From Octopus vulgaris (taxonomy: Eukaryota): a stretch of 64,000 nucleotides of DNA. The notes under the pieces are model-generated. The model saw only the letters and a program-made list of their open reading frames with translations. It made no database searches and had not been told where the DNA came from. The stretch lies in the NCBI GenBank assembly GCA_951406725.2, contig OX597829.1, positions 4,092,001 through 4,156,000 of the forward strand. Direction: 5' to 3'. The translations under genes were made by a program, and so were the position numbers. Below are positions 26,918-40,296 of this stretch, piece after piece. Each line of letters opens with the position of its first letter. Within the stretch, counting starts at the first letter, position 1.

Positions 26918-28564
26918 GGTAACTTAGCAGTTTGGCAAAAGAGACTGATAGAATAGGCATGGAGCTTAAGTAAAAAAATAATTCTGAAGTTGATTTGTTC
27001 AGTTGAAACCCTTCAATGCTGTGCTTCATTGACACCACAGTCAAATGACTGAAATAAGTAATAGATGAAAGATGTGTATGTATGTATGTATGTGTATATA
27101 TATTCTTTTATTCTTTTACTTGTTTCAGTCGCTTAACTGCGGCCATACTGGTGCACCACTTTTAGTTAGAGAAATTGACCCCAGGATCTATTCTTTGTAA
27201 GCCTAGTACTTATTCTATCGGTTTCTTTTACCAAACTGCTAAGTTGCAGAGAAGTAAACACACCAACATCGGTTGTCAAGTGATGGTGGGGGAACAAACA
27301 CTGACACACAAACATCATCATCATCATGGTGCTTTTTATGTGCCACTAGCACAAGTGCCAGTCAGGTTCAACAAGTCTTCACAAGCATGGCATATCAGCC
27401 AATGATTGAAGAGTGCTTCTAAATGGGCCAGTTATGTAGCACTGGCATCAGCTACAACTGCGATCTCACTCGACTTGCTGGGTCTCCTCAAGCACGGTAT
27501 ATTTCCAAAGGTTTCAGTTGCTTGTCATTGCCTCTGTGAGGTCCAATATTTGAAGGTTGTGCTTCACCACCTCATCCCATGTCTTCCAGGTTTACCTCTT
27601 CCATAGGTTCCCTCTACTACTAAGGTGTGACACTTCTTCACACAGCTGTCCTCATCCATATGCATCACATGATCATACCATTCCAGTCGTCTCTCTTGCA
27701 CACCACATCTGATGCTTCTTATGTCCAACTGTTCTGCATATATATATATATATATATATATATGTATTGGAAGAGTTTACGAAAAAAACAAAAGACAAAG
27801 ACAGGTGGTGTACAAAACAGGAATAGAAAACGTCTTTTACGTTTCGAGCCTATGCTCTTCTACAGAAAGGGACATAGAAAAAAATGTATGTAGTGGCTAA
27901 CGATCTATCATGGCAATATATATATATACATACAACAGGCTTCTTTCAGTTTCCATCTATCAAACCCACTCAGAAGGCTTTGGTCACCCTGAGGCTATAA
28001 TAGAAGATACTTGCCCAAGGTACTATGCAGTGGGAATGAACCTGGATTCATGTTGATGGGAAGCAAGCTTCTTACCACACAGCCATAAATGTTTAGTTTA
28101 TATAGTTTTTTTTTATTTATTTTTCTCAAGCCCTAGTTTTCACTAGACTGGTTTACCTAGTTTCCATGGTCTGTTACAAGTGACCAAGATCACATCATAC
28201 CCCTTGAATGGTGCGCTGGTCCATGACAGGATCCAAAGCCAGCAATTTTTGAGAGGAGGGGGACAAACTGATAACATCAAACCCAGTACTTGACTTATAC
28301 TTTATTTTATTGATGTTGAAAGGACAAAAGGCAAAGTTGACTTCATTGGGATTTGAACCCAGAATATAAAAAGGGAGACGAAATGCTACTAGGCATTTTG
28401 TCTGACACACAGACAGTCCTGCCAACTCACCACCTTTATATATTTTTATATCACCGTGACCGACCAAGCCATCAGATGTTACTACACATCGCTGGTCACA
28501 ATGCACTTCTCATTGCTTTAGCCCTCAAATGATGCCACCCAGCGAACAGGCCAATATATTTATA

Positions 28565-28643
<79 letters not shown>

Positions 28644-29940
28644 CTATAATAGTGTCCTGCACATTTGTTTTACTTTTATCCTTTAAGACATTGCGTCAAG
28701 ATATTTGTTCGCAACTATTTGATTGTGAGTTAAAATGTTTCTACTTTCAGTTTTTTCTTCTTACTTTCCTTCAACTATCAGCAATATTACAAAAAAAAAA
28801 AAGTTAACGAATCAGCTACCAGAGCTATTTCTAATGTATATCTTTCATTTTGTTGTCTAATTACTATAATCAAACACTACCACAGAAGCAATTAAAATAG
28901 CATATCAAATTTTGTGTTGGTATTTTGAAAGCTAAAATATTTTTCTTGTTAGTCAATAACTTGTTCCAGATTATGGTCATTCTAATGTCAGATATACTCT
29001 ACTTATTCTATATCAGGTTGATGCTGTCTGGAATCCTGTCACTTTTCCATATTTTCCTGGCCTTTTCAATGTACCTGCAAATGTGACCTGCAGCCACTAT
29101 ATGGTCATTTGACTTCATAGAAATGGTACCCATATCTCCCTTAAATTACATATAGTCATCTTAGAAAGATGTAGGTGCTAAGGGCTGATATTCACTGGCT
29201 GAGAAAGTACACAGGACAGTTATGGCTGGAATACCTTTAAGCTTAGATATACTCAACCAAGGCTGACTTGTGTCTAAATAACAAGAAACTTTTACAGCAG
29301 ATAAACAATCGAACCTGATCGTTACCAACATCACCTTACTGGCACCTGTGCCGGTGGCATGTGTAAAAAGATTTGAGCGAAGTCATTGCCAGTACCGCCT
29401 GACTGCCCCCCCCCCCCCCGTGCGTGGAATGTAAAAGGGCACCATTCGAGCGTGATCGTTACCAATGTCGCCTTACTGGCACCTGTGCCAGTGACATGTG
29501 TAAAAAGATTTGAGTGAGGTCATTGCCAGTACCACCTGCCTGACCCCTGTGCCGTGGCACGTAAAAAGCACCCACTACACTCTCGGAGTGGTTGGCGTTA
29601 GGAAGGGCTGCCATCTGGTTTGCCAGCCCTCAGACTAATCGTCCAACCCATGCTAGCATGGAAAGCGGCCATTAAACGATGATGATGAAACAATCAATGT
29701 GTAATATATTGAAACATGTAACAATGATTTACCAAAGCAGTCAATTAACTCTAAGATAATTAACACATGATAATTATTTGAAAGTATAGTTTGTTTTGTT
29801 TGAAGATATTCTGGGTCAGTCTTGCCAGCCATCTTTCTGGGATGGATAATAAATTAAAGCAATAAGGTTTGATTCAAATGAATTGTTCCATTCCTCAAAA
29901 ATATGTGGCATTAAATAGTAATTACTTTATGTTGGAACAA

Positions 29941-30309
<369 letters not shown>

Positions 30310-30714
30310 AGGTGGCAAGCTGGCTGAATCATTACCATGCCAAACAAAACGCTTAGTGGCATTTTCTCCGGACATTTTATACCTTCTGAGTTGAAATTCC
30401 ACTGAGGTTTGACTTTGCCCTTCATCTTTTCAGGATCGAAGAATTAAGTAGCAGCCAAGCACTGGGGTGCATGTAATTGGTTTTTACCCCACTACCCCAA
30501 AATTTCAGGCATTGTGTCTATAATTAAAAGAATTGTTATTATTGGTGTTGGTGGTTGTAGTAGTAATTGTTGTCATGGTCGTAGTGATTGTGGCAGTCAT
30601 TGTAGCAGAAAATCACAGAGAATTCCTCGTTGTTTTCTTATGTTCTTTTACCTCTTTGAAATGTCGTCCAAGTTGAGTTTTACCTTTCCTACTTCTAGGG
30701 TTACTCTTTTACTC

Positions 30715-31112
30715 TTTTTTTACTCGTTTCAGTCATTTTGACTGCGGCCATGCTGGTGCACCGCCTTTAATCGAGCAACTCGACCCCGGAACTTATTCTT
30801 TTGTAAGCCCAGTACTTATTCTATCGGTCTCTTTTGCCGAACCGCTAAGTAACGGGGACATAAACACACCAGCATCGGTTGTCAAGCAATGCTAGGGGGA
30901 CAAACACAGACATACAAACTCATACACACGCATATGTATATATACATATATACAACGGGATTCTTTCAGTTTCCGTCTACCAAATCCACTCACAAGGCAT
31001 TGGTCGGCCCGAGGCTATAGCAGAAGACACTTGCCCAAGGTGCGACGCAGTGGGACTGAACCCGGAACCATTTGGTTGGTAAACAAGCTACTTACCACAC
31101 AGCCACTCCTGC
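30715..31112 (-). mobile_element. SINE family A, full length, reverse
   Basis: Reverse complement of the copy at 31381-31813. Confidence 0.9.
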
Positions 31113-31380
31113 TACAATAAATACCAGTCAGGCCATGTGGTTGATTTTAAACAGAGAAAAAGCAAATCAAAGCCTTGTCCTTAAAAATTAGAACTCATCC
31201 TTATCATCATCATCATCATCATCGTTATGTTCTGTTTCTGTACCATGTTTCAAGTTTGACTTTCTAAATATATATCTAAATATATATAATGGCAGTGCCC
31301 TAGCATGGCCACAGTTCGTGAGCTGAAACTAGATAAAATATAAAATATATAAAAAATATAATAGATAATATATAATATAT

Positions 31381-31552
31381 AGGCGCAGGAGTGGCTGTGT
31401 GGTAAGTAGCTTGCTAACCAACCACATGGTTCCGGGTTCAGTCCCACTGCGTGGCATCTTGGGCAAGTGTTTTCTGCTAGAGCCCCGGGCCGACCAATGC
31501 CTTGTGAGTGGATTTGGTAGATGGAAACTGAAAGAAGCCTGTCGTATATATG

Positions 31553-31607
<55 letters not shown>

Positions 31608-31813
31608 TTGTGTGTCTGTGTTTGTTCCCCTAGCATTGCTTGACAACCGATGCTGGTGTGTTTACGTCCCCGTCACTTAGCGGTTCGCCAAAAAGAGACC
31701 GATAGAATAAGTACTGGGCTTACAAAGAATAAGTCCCGGGGTCGATTTGCTCGACTAAAGGCGGTGCTCCAGCATGGCCGCAGTCAAATGACTGAAACAA
31801 GTGAAAAAAAAAA
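31381..31813 (+). mobile_element. SINE family A, full length
   Basis: Starts aggcgcaggagtggctgtgtggtaag and ends tgactgaaacaagtg(A)n. Further copies at 32352-32742, 34530-34921 and 54507-54900. Confidence 0.9.
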
Positions 31814-32320
31814 TGTCAAATTTCTTTTGTCATTTATGACATTTTATTAAAAGTACATACATCTGTTATAAAAGTACGTACTTCTGTTCTTGACACCCCC
31901 CACCACTACCTCATTTCCACATTCCCACCCCATATTCCTCAATCAAATGAGTATGTTTATATTATTAACTTGTTGTGAAGTAATCATTATGGCATACCTC
32001 TTTCTTAAAGAATTTATCTATTTCAATAGTTTACACTCTTGGAATTCTTGTCAGTGTTTCTGTGTGTGTGTGTGTGTGTGTATGTCTGTGTGAGTGTATG
32101 TCTGTGTCTGTGTTTCTCTCTCTCTCTGTGTATCTTTGCATTCAGTCTAATTAGCTTTCCAACATTATAGCTTTTAATGGAGAAAATTCTTTAGAAAACA
32201 GTTGACCCTCAACACAAAACCTAAAATCAACAACAAAATAGTAACCCAACTGGAAAAGGAAATTAATAATTCTGAAAGTACCTGGCCCTTCAAAAAACAT
32301 TTTTATTAAGTTAATTATGT

Positions 32321-32353
<33 letters not shown>

Positions 32354-35300
32354 GGTGCAGGCGTGGCTGTGTACTAAGTAGCTTGCTTCCCAACCACATG
32401 GTTCCAGGTTCAGTCCCACTGCATCGCACCCTGGGCAAGTGTCTTCTACAATAGCCTTGGGTTGACATATCATCATCATCAGGCTTCTCTATATATAAAT
32501 ATATATATATATATATGCGTGTGTGTGTGTGTGCATGTTTGTGTGTCTGTGTTTATCTCCCCATTATCACTTGACAACTGATGTTGGTGTGTTAATGTCC
32601 CCATAACTTAGCAGTTCGACAAAAGAGACCAATAGAATAAGTACTAGGCTTACAAAGAATAAGTCCTGGGGTTGATTTGTTTGACTAAATGTGGTGCTCC
32701 AGCATGGCCATGGTCAAATGACTGAAACAGATTAAAGAATAAACGAATACACACACACACACACACATATATACATGTTTACTTTTCAAAATAAAGATTG
32801 GAAAAAAATTACTTTTTCTTACTCTAGATTCGTTAGAAGAGGATAATGTAACAGGTAAAAGACTCTTTTCAAGGCTAAAAAGCTCACTCATAAGGAGCTG
32901 GGTAGGTTCATAAAAAATATACTTGATTGCTTTGCAGTTGTTTACTCCTAAAATTAGCTCTTGTTACCTCATCTGAATTTTCCATATAGTGGCACGTAAA
33001 AAAACACCATTTGAGCATGGCCGTTGCCACTACCGCCTGACTGACCCTCATGCCAGTGGCACGTAAAAGCACCCACTACACTCACGGAGTGGTTGGCGTT
33101 AGGAAGGGCATCCAGCTGTAGAAACTCTGCCAGATCAGATTGGAGCCTGGTGCATCCATCTGGTTTGCCAGTCCTCAGTCAAATCGTCCAACCCATGCTA
33201 GCATGGAAAGCGGACATTAAACGATGATGATGATGATGATTTATCTGTAACTACATTAATGACTGTGTCCCTACTTTTTGAAAGTGGTTAAAGTGTAGTT
33301 CAGGAAGAATTTCGCTGTCATTTCTAACAGCTCATTGGCTAGTGCTTGGTTGTATTTTCATGGATTTAAGTAGATGAGAGGAAAGAGGAAGTGAGATTAT
33401 CTCCTGCTAATAGGATGCTAATCTTTTGAAACTAGCATTTGCCAGCAATGTTCATTAAGTTAATCTATAAACATGAAATAGTCACAATGGTTGTCCAAAA
33501 GTCTTCAGTACTTTTAATCAATAAAAAAATGTTACTTTTATTGATGAATAAATACCACATCAGTATGACCGTGAAGTATGGCTCATTGGTATGGTGCAGC
33601 CAAAATATGACTCTCAATGTCACAGGATAACTGTTAGGTAGACTTATTGATCCATCGCTCAATTTAACATCACCACTACCACTTAATTCTTGGGTGCTTT
33701 TGGTACATTTCAGCCTGTTGCAAGAATTCTTGTGTCATCTGTGTGAGAGAGGTCATCTTAAAGAAGATGACCTCTGTTGCATAGATGACACAAGAAAATA
33801 CACTCAGTCTATGATATACATTGGTTTATGATAGAAGTAGAAAAGCATCACCCAGCAGTAAAAGAAAGAAATGAATAAAATACAGTAATCTAATGATCTC
33901 CTTAATTGGGTATGAAAGCAATTTCTACTCTTCTCCTCTGGAAGCCATCTACTCGCGATACCAGAGGGTGCACACTCTCCTACCCTGATGTAATCTCCAG
34001 GGATACAGGCATCCAGCAACAGGACCTCCATAATGCTATGATGGACCGTGAAGTCTGGTGTAACCTAGTAAATCCCATTGTCTTGACCACGGTGGAACAA
34101 TGATGATGATGATGATGATGAAGTGTTAACACCATGTTTGAGCAGTAGAGTGATTAGGGTGTGAACATTCACCCTGTGTGTGAGAATTATTTGGCTGTCA
34201 TTAAATGATGACATAAAACCCTCTTCCTTTCAGATGTATAAAACAGGCGTGAAACAATCAAACAACCCACCTACCACCAGAAACACCCCACTTCCTCTGG
34301 GTTCTTTCTGGTGGTCAATGAAACTTCAGGGTTGCCACCATCAATGTTGGCATGATGAAAGAAAGCTCTGGGAGTAATAGGTATATTAGTAGGGGTGAAA
34401 GTATAGATCTGTGCTGTGTACAAGAGAAGCCTCACTCAGACTCCTTACAGGCAAAGAACACAAACACTCCCGTGTGGTGAGAGTAAGTATATTGTTGGCT
34501 GAAGAAAAAAAGAATAATGATTTAGGTATAGGTGCAGGAGTGGCTGTGTGGTATGTAGCTTGCTTACTAACCACATGGTTCTGGGTTCAGTCCCACTGCG
34601 TGGCACTTTGGGCAAGTGTTTTCTACTATAGCCTCGGGCCGACCAAAGCCTTGTGAGTGGATTTGGTAGACGGAAACTGAAAGAAGCCTGTCGTGTATAT
34701 GTATAAATATGTGTGTGTTTGTGTGTCTGTGTTTGTCCCCCCAACATCGCTTAACAACCAATGCTGGTGTGTTCATGTCCCCGTAACTTAGCGGTTCGGC
34801 AAAAGAAACCGATAGAATAAGTACTAGGCTTACAAAGAATAAGTCCTGGGGGGTCGATTTGCTCGACTAAAGGCGATGCTCCAGCATGGCCGCAATCAAA
34901 TGACTGAAACAAGTAAAAGAGAAAAAAAGTATGTGACAGAACAATTAAGCTTAGGATATTGACTAGTAACACGGTAGCATCAGTTATCTCTGCATAGGCA
35001 CCACAATCATCACTGGCTGATAAACAAAAGGAGCTATTTCTATAAGGCTCTTATGTAGGTTACCTCACCCAGGTAAGAGAAGGAGTGAGGAAGGTCCCCA
35101 CCAAGAAAACTCACAAGAGTTTAAATTTCTATTGAAATTGGCAGGTATAAGGTTACAATGGTTGTTAATATTATGATGGTAGGGAAAGTCATTTAACTAG
35201 TCAATCATGTAGTATGGGGGAAATGGCCATTAAGTTAATTAGTTAAGTGGTTATTAAAATATTTAATATGATTTATTCAGTGCAGTTGACTGTATATTAA

Positions 35301-35413
35301 TAGATGTAAAGGGATTCTTGTGGAATGCTTAACTAACATCAAAACACAAAATATAAAATAAAAAAACCCATTTAATTCTGATTAAGTTTAGATGGTAAAT
35401 TTTGATTGATAGA

Positions 35414-35446
<33 letters not shown>

Positions 35447-35615
35447 AAGAGAGAGAGAGGGAGGAGCTAATGAATTTTTAATTTCATAAATTGAGATTTT
35501 AAAATTTATTAGAATATCAGTTCTGATGAACAGGTATTGATTGTGCTATAAAAAAAGTGAGAATCATAGTTTGGTAAGACCCCTTGGTACAGAGATTTTA
35601 ATTATTCTGCTTCAG

Positions 35616-35650
<35 letters not shown>

Positions 35651-37109
35651 CTATCCTCCTCCTCTTCCAGTTACTCCTTATTTCTACAATTTATTAGTTT
35701 ATTACCTTCCTGCTGAAATGGAAGGATGTCCCAAAGTAAATGTTTTACAGTATTTAGTTTCATTATTCTATGTTCAAACCCTGCTCGGGTTGATACTGCA
35801 TTTCATCCATCTTAGTATAGTATTTGTGACATTTACAATGGTGGTGGTGATTGTGGCAGTGGCACAAGTGGCAATGGCACTTATTTTGGTCAGTTAATTC
35901 TAAATCTCTACCACATAAGAATGATTAGGTTTTTGTCTAATTAAAAAATCATCTTATTATTGTAGGGGGTGTAGGACACTCAAATGTTAAGGTACCGAAT
36001 GAAAAATCTTCAATTTATTTCTTTATCTTTGTCCTTTTAAATGCCAATTCAGATCTTATGGTTACCTTTACCTTTCACAAGTGTGGGTCACCGTCGTGCA
36101 ACCAGTGTCCTTTGCTTTCAATCTTTCAAGGTATCTGGTCACGGGAAGCATTTCATTGCTTGGAAACAGGTGAAGGCTGGTGATATGAAGGAGATCCAGC
36201 TGCAGAAAGTCTGCCTCGTCAAATTCCATTCAACCTATACAAGTGGATGTTGAAGCAATAACGAGACTGATGTTATAAAACACACACACAATTTCAACAA
36301 CAAAAAACTGGTTATGACTTGGAAGTTTTAGCTCAGTTGCCTTTGTCAGACTATGAAGCTTCTTCAGTTTCATATATACTTTTTGGTTCATCTTGTGGAT
36401 AGAGTTCACAGTTAAGAATCTTTAGGTTCAACCCTACTGCATAGTATCGTGGGCAAATGTAATTAATTGTTTTAACTCTTTTAGTATTCACAGTATTCTG
36501 TCAAGTGTAATGCTTATTTATCACCATTGTTTTGAATTAATCATGTATTATCTTGTAGCTTTGAGATTTTGATAAGGTAATTGTTAATTTTTTAGAATGA
36601 CATTGTAGGGTAGGTATGAGAGACCAGATGTGGCCAATTTGAACATAAAACAGGTAGAATATTTGGCCAGATATGGCCAGTTTAAAAGCCAAAGGATTAT
36701 GTATGTATGTATGGATGGATGGATGCATGCATGCATGCATTTTTCTATTTTTTTATTGTAAAGACATGAGCACAATCCCCTGTGGACTTTTGTGCTTAAC
36801 TGAAAAATTTTCCAGGACATTTTTGTTTTATTTTTCTTCACATTTTTTTTTCCAATTTAATCATCATTGTTTTTACAGTTGTTATTATAGTTGTGTTGTT
36901 GTTGTTAATATCATCATTATTTTGTACCATCATCAGGTTCAGTTTAACCAAATGTTCCTCAAAAGTCAGAACATACCTGTAATACGCTACAAATAATTTA
37001 ATTGATAAGCACAAATGATAAGCACTTTAAAAGTGCTTTTTTGTTGTTAATTTGTATTGTTCATATAAATCACCGTTATTACCATTTTTATCAGTTGTAG
37101 CTCAACAAA

Positions 37110-37687
37110 ATTGTTTGAGCTTTGGGGAAAATGATTTGTGATATTTGTTTTGAGCCTTTACATCCTTAGCTCAAATCCTGCTGAGGCTAAATCTGCCTTT
37201 CATCCTTTCAGGGTCATTAAAATTAAAGTATAAAATACTGTGGTGACTCCATGTCAAAATTGATGGCCTTGTGCCTAAATTAGAACACAGAATAACCAGA
37301 CCATAAGGAGTAAAAAATGTCATAAGTTCCTTATGTTGTGAGTTCAAATTCTGTTGAGGTCAACTTTGCCTTTCATCTTTACAGAAGTCAATAAAATAAA
37401 GTAACTGTCAAGTAACGAGGTCATTAATATCAACTAACCCCTCCCTCAATATTGCTGGCCTTGCACCCAAATTAGAAGTCATCATCATCACCATCATCGT
37501 CATTACTATTTGTGCCAAACAAAATGCTTAGCAGCATTTCATCCATCTTTAGGTTCTGAGTTCAAATTCAGATGAAGTTGACTCCTTTTGGAGTCGATAA
37601 AATAAGTTCCAGTTAAACTGGGGTCAATTTACTCCTCCCCTGAAATTATTGGCCTTATGCCAATATTTGAAACCATTATTATTATTA

Positions 37688-37725
<38 letters not shown>

Positions 37726-39142
37726 CATCATTATTATTACTAATAATGGTGAGGAACTGGCAGAACTGTTAGTGTATCCAGACAAAATGCTTAACAGCAT
37801 TTCTTCTGGCTTTACATTCTGAGTTCAAATATTGCCAAGGTCAACTTTGTCCTTTTTCCTTTTAGAATTAATGTAATCAACTTCCACCCTCTCAAAATTC
37901 CTGGCCTTATACCCAAATTACAAAGAATTATTATTATTATCATTTTTAAGGCAGCCGACTGGGAAGACTGTTAATGCTCTGGACAAATGTAAAGTCACAT
38001 TTCAGCTGTCTTTACATTCTGAGTTCAAATTTTGCCAAGGTTTGACTTAGCCTTTCGTCCTTTCGGGGTTGATGAAATAAGTACCAGTCAAGTATTGGGG
38101 TCGATGTAATCGACTTACTCCATCTCCCAAAATTTCAGGCCTTGTGCCTAGAGTAGAAAGGATTATTATTATTATTATTATTATTGAGTGAGAGAGCAAT
38201 GCATGCCATCAAAGTGACACTGGGGTAAAATATACGAAGCCCAGTATACCCATCATGACTACCCGTTTGATAAGGGTACACCAGGCACATGCATCACAAC
38301 CATATGTGCACGACATGGTGATCTCATATCAAGATAAACAGCACATGACCTTGCAGGTGAGGCCCAGTTAGAATTTTCTTCTGGTCGAGTAACCCATCCC
38401 GCTCAAAAGGTTTCTGAATATGGGGTGTTTAAGGATGTTGAACAAAATACCCATGTTTCCAGAGGTGAATTATTCAAACCTCAAAGAATCCCTCTCAACA
38501 CATGGCTATGATGCTCCCCCACTACTTCTGCTCGTGATCAGAGATGCACATATCGTCAGCCACTAAGGGACATGCTCAACTGGTTCAGGTCAAGCAAATC
38601 TGTGGTATTGAGCAGAATATTTGCTGTAGCCCATTATTATTATTATTATTAAAATGGCAAGCTGGCAGAATCGTTAGCATGCTGGGTGGAAAGCTTAGCA
38701 GTATTTCGTTTGCTGCTACATTCTAAATACAAATTTTGCGGAGGTCAGATTTGTCTTTCATCCTTTCAGGGTCAATAAAACAAGTACCAGTTGAACATTG
38801 TTGGGGTGGGGGTGGGGGGTCAATGTAATCAACTCATCCCCACCTCCCCCGAGTTACCCTTGTGGCAAAAATTTTGAAATAATTATTATTATTTTAATTA
38901 TTGTTAAAAGGCTGTGAGCTGATAGAATAGCTAGCACACTGGGTGAAATGCTTAGCAGTATTTTGTCTGCTGCTATGTTCTGAGTTCAAATTCTGCCAAG
39001 GTTGACATTGCCTTTTATCCTTTCAGGCTTGATAAATTAAGTACCAGTTGTGTACTGGGGTCAATGAAATCAACTAGTCCCCTCCCACCAAATTTCAGGC
39101 CTGGTGCCTTTAGCAGAAAGGATTATTATTATTATTATTATT
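37110..39142 (+). mobile_element. Head-to-tail cluster of about 7 SINE family B copies with (ATT)n/(ATC)n tails, plus an unrelated insert at about 38186-38632
   Basis: Repeated gagttcaaatt...cctttcatcctttc.gggtc units, mostly followed by attattatt. Confidence 0.8.
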
Positions 39143-39276
39143 AAAACTGCACTAAAAGTTTGTTTTCTTTTTCTTTTTTTTTTATTTTGTTGTTGCTTTT
39201 GAGACTAAAATGATTTACTCATAATATTTCGTTTTTCTTTTCTTCTTCTTTTTACTCCTCTTCTAAATGTTTCCAG

Positions 39277-39318
39277 TTTACCGAGAAATATCGTGAGCAG
39301 AGAAACATTCTTAAGAAG
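39277..39318 (+). CDS. Candidate alternative small exon: 42 nt FTEKYREQRNILKK, or 16 nt ending at 39292
   Basis: About 70-nt AG-free pyrimidine tract ending ttccag. Purine-rich, CpG-containing body. Two possible donors: C|gtgagc (39293) and AAG|gttcat (39319). No homology support. Confidence 0.35.
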
Positions 39319-39880
39319 GTTCATAGGACATTATATTTTTTTTTTGTTTTTATTTCATTTTTATTTTATTTTATTTTATTATTTTCAAACTGGGTATCTA
39401 ATTGTCTCTCTCGCTCTTTCTCTCTGTCTGTCTCTCGCTATCTTTTATTATGCTTACCATCACTTATCGCTTCACTTACAGCATTAATTTTTCTTTTTCT
39501 AACCAATATCTGTATTATTCATGACCAAACATAAGTCACAAAGGATAGAGGAACAAAACAAAATTTAAATACAACAACAATTATAATTGTAAATTGAAAT
39601 GTAAAAAAAATATCTTCTAAAATTTAATGAACAGTAAAGAGAGACGTCCAAATGTTAAGAAATTATAGCTTTACCCAAACGCATTACTGTTTGTAAATTT
39701 GAATAAGTTTGCATGCTGCAAGGAGACAAGAATACTAAGGAAAAACCTTATCATTTTCATCTGTTTGTGGTATGGAACCTTATTTAAATTTGCAAACTTT
39801 ACTCAAGCAAACTTACCAATGACAAGCAACCAATATTTTTCTTTGACTTTTGGTTTACATTTGCTCTTTACTCTGTCTGC

Positions 39881-39884
<4 letters not shown>

Positions 39885-39936
<52 letters not shown>

Positions 39937-39985
39937 GTATGTCTCTGTGTGTGTATGTATATATATATATATGTGTATGTATATA

Positions 39986-40034
<49 letters not shown>

Positions 40035-40296
40035 ATATATATATATATGTGTATATATATATATATATGTGTATATATATATATATGTGTGTATATATAT
40101 ATATTTATATATGTGTATATATATATATATATATGTGTATATATATATATTTATATATGTGTATATATATATATTTATATATATGTATATATATATATGT
40201 ATATGTATATATATTTATATATATGTATGTATATATATTTATATATATGTATATATATATATATATATGTATATATATGTATATATATATATATAT
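39885..40296. repeat. (CT)n/(TA)n/(TG)n microsatellite
   Basis: Directly visible. Explains the YI-rich ORFs. Confidence 0.95.

Noticed and set aside
31250-31850. Recurring ORFs such as DGLLSVSVYQIHSQG...EDTCPRCHAVGLNPEPCGW
   Set aside because: Chance translations of SINE family A, repeated wherever the SINE occurs.
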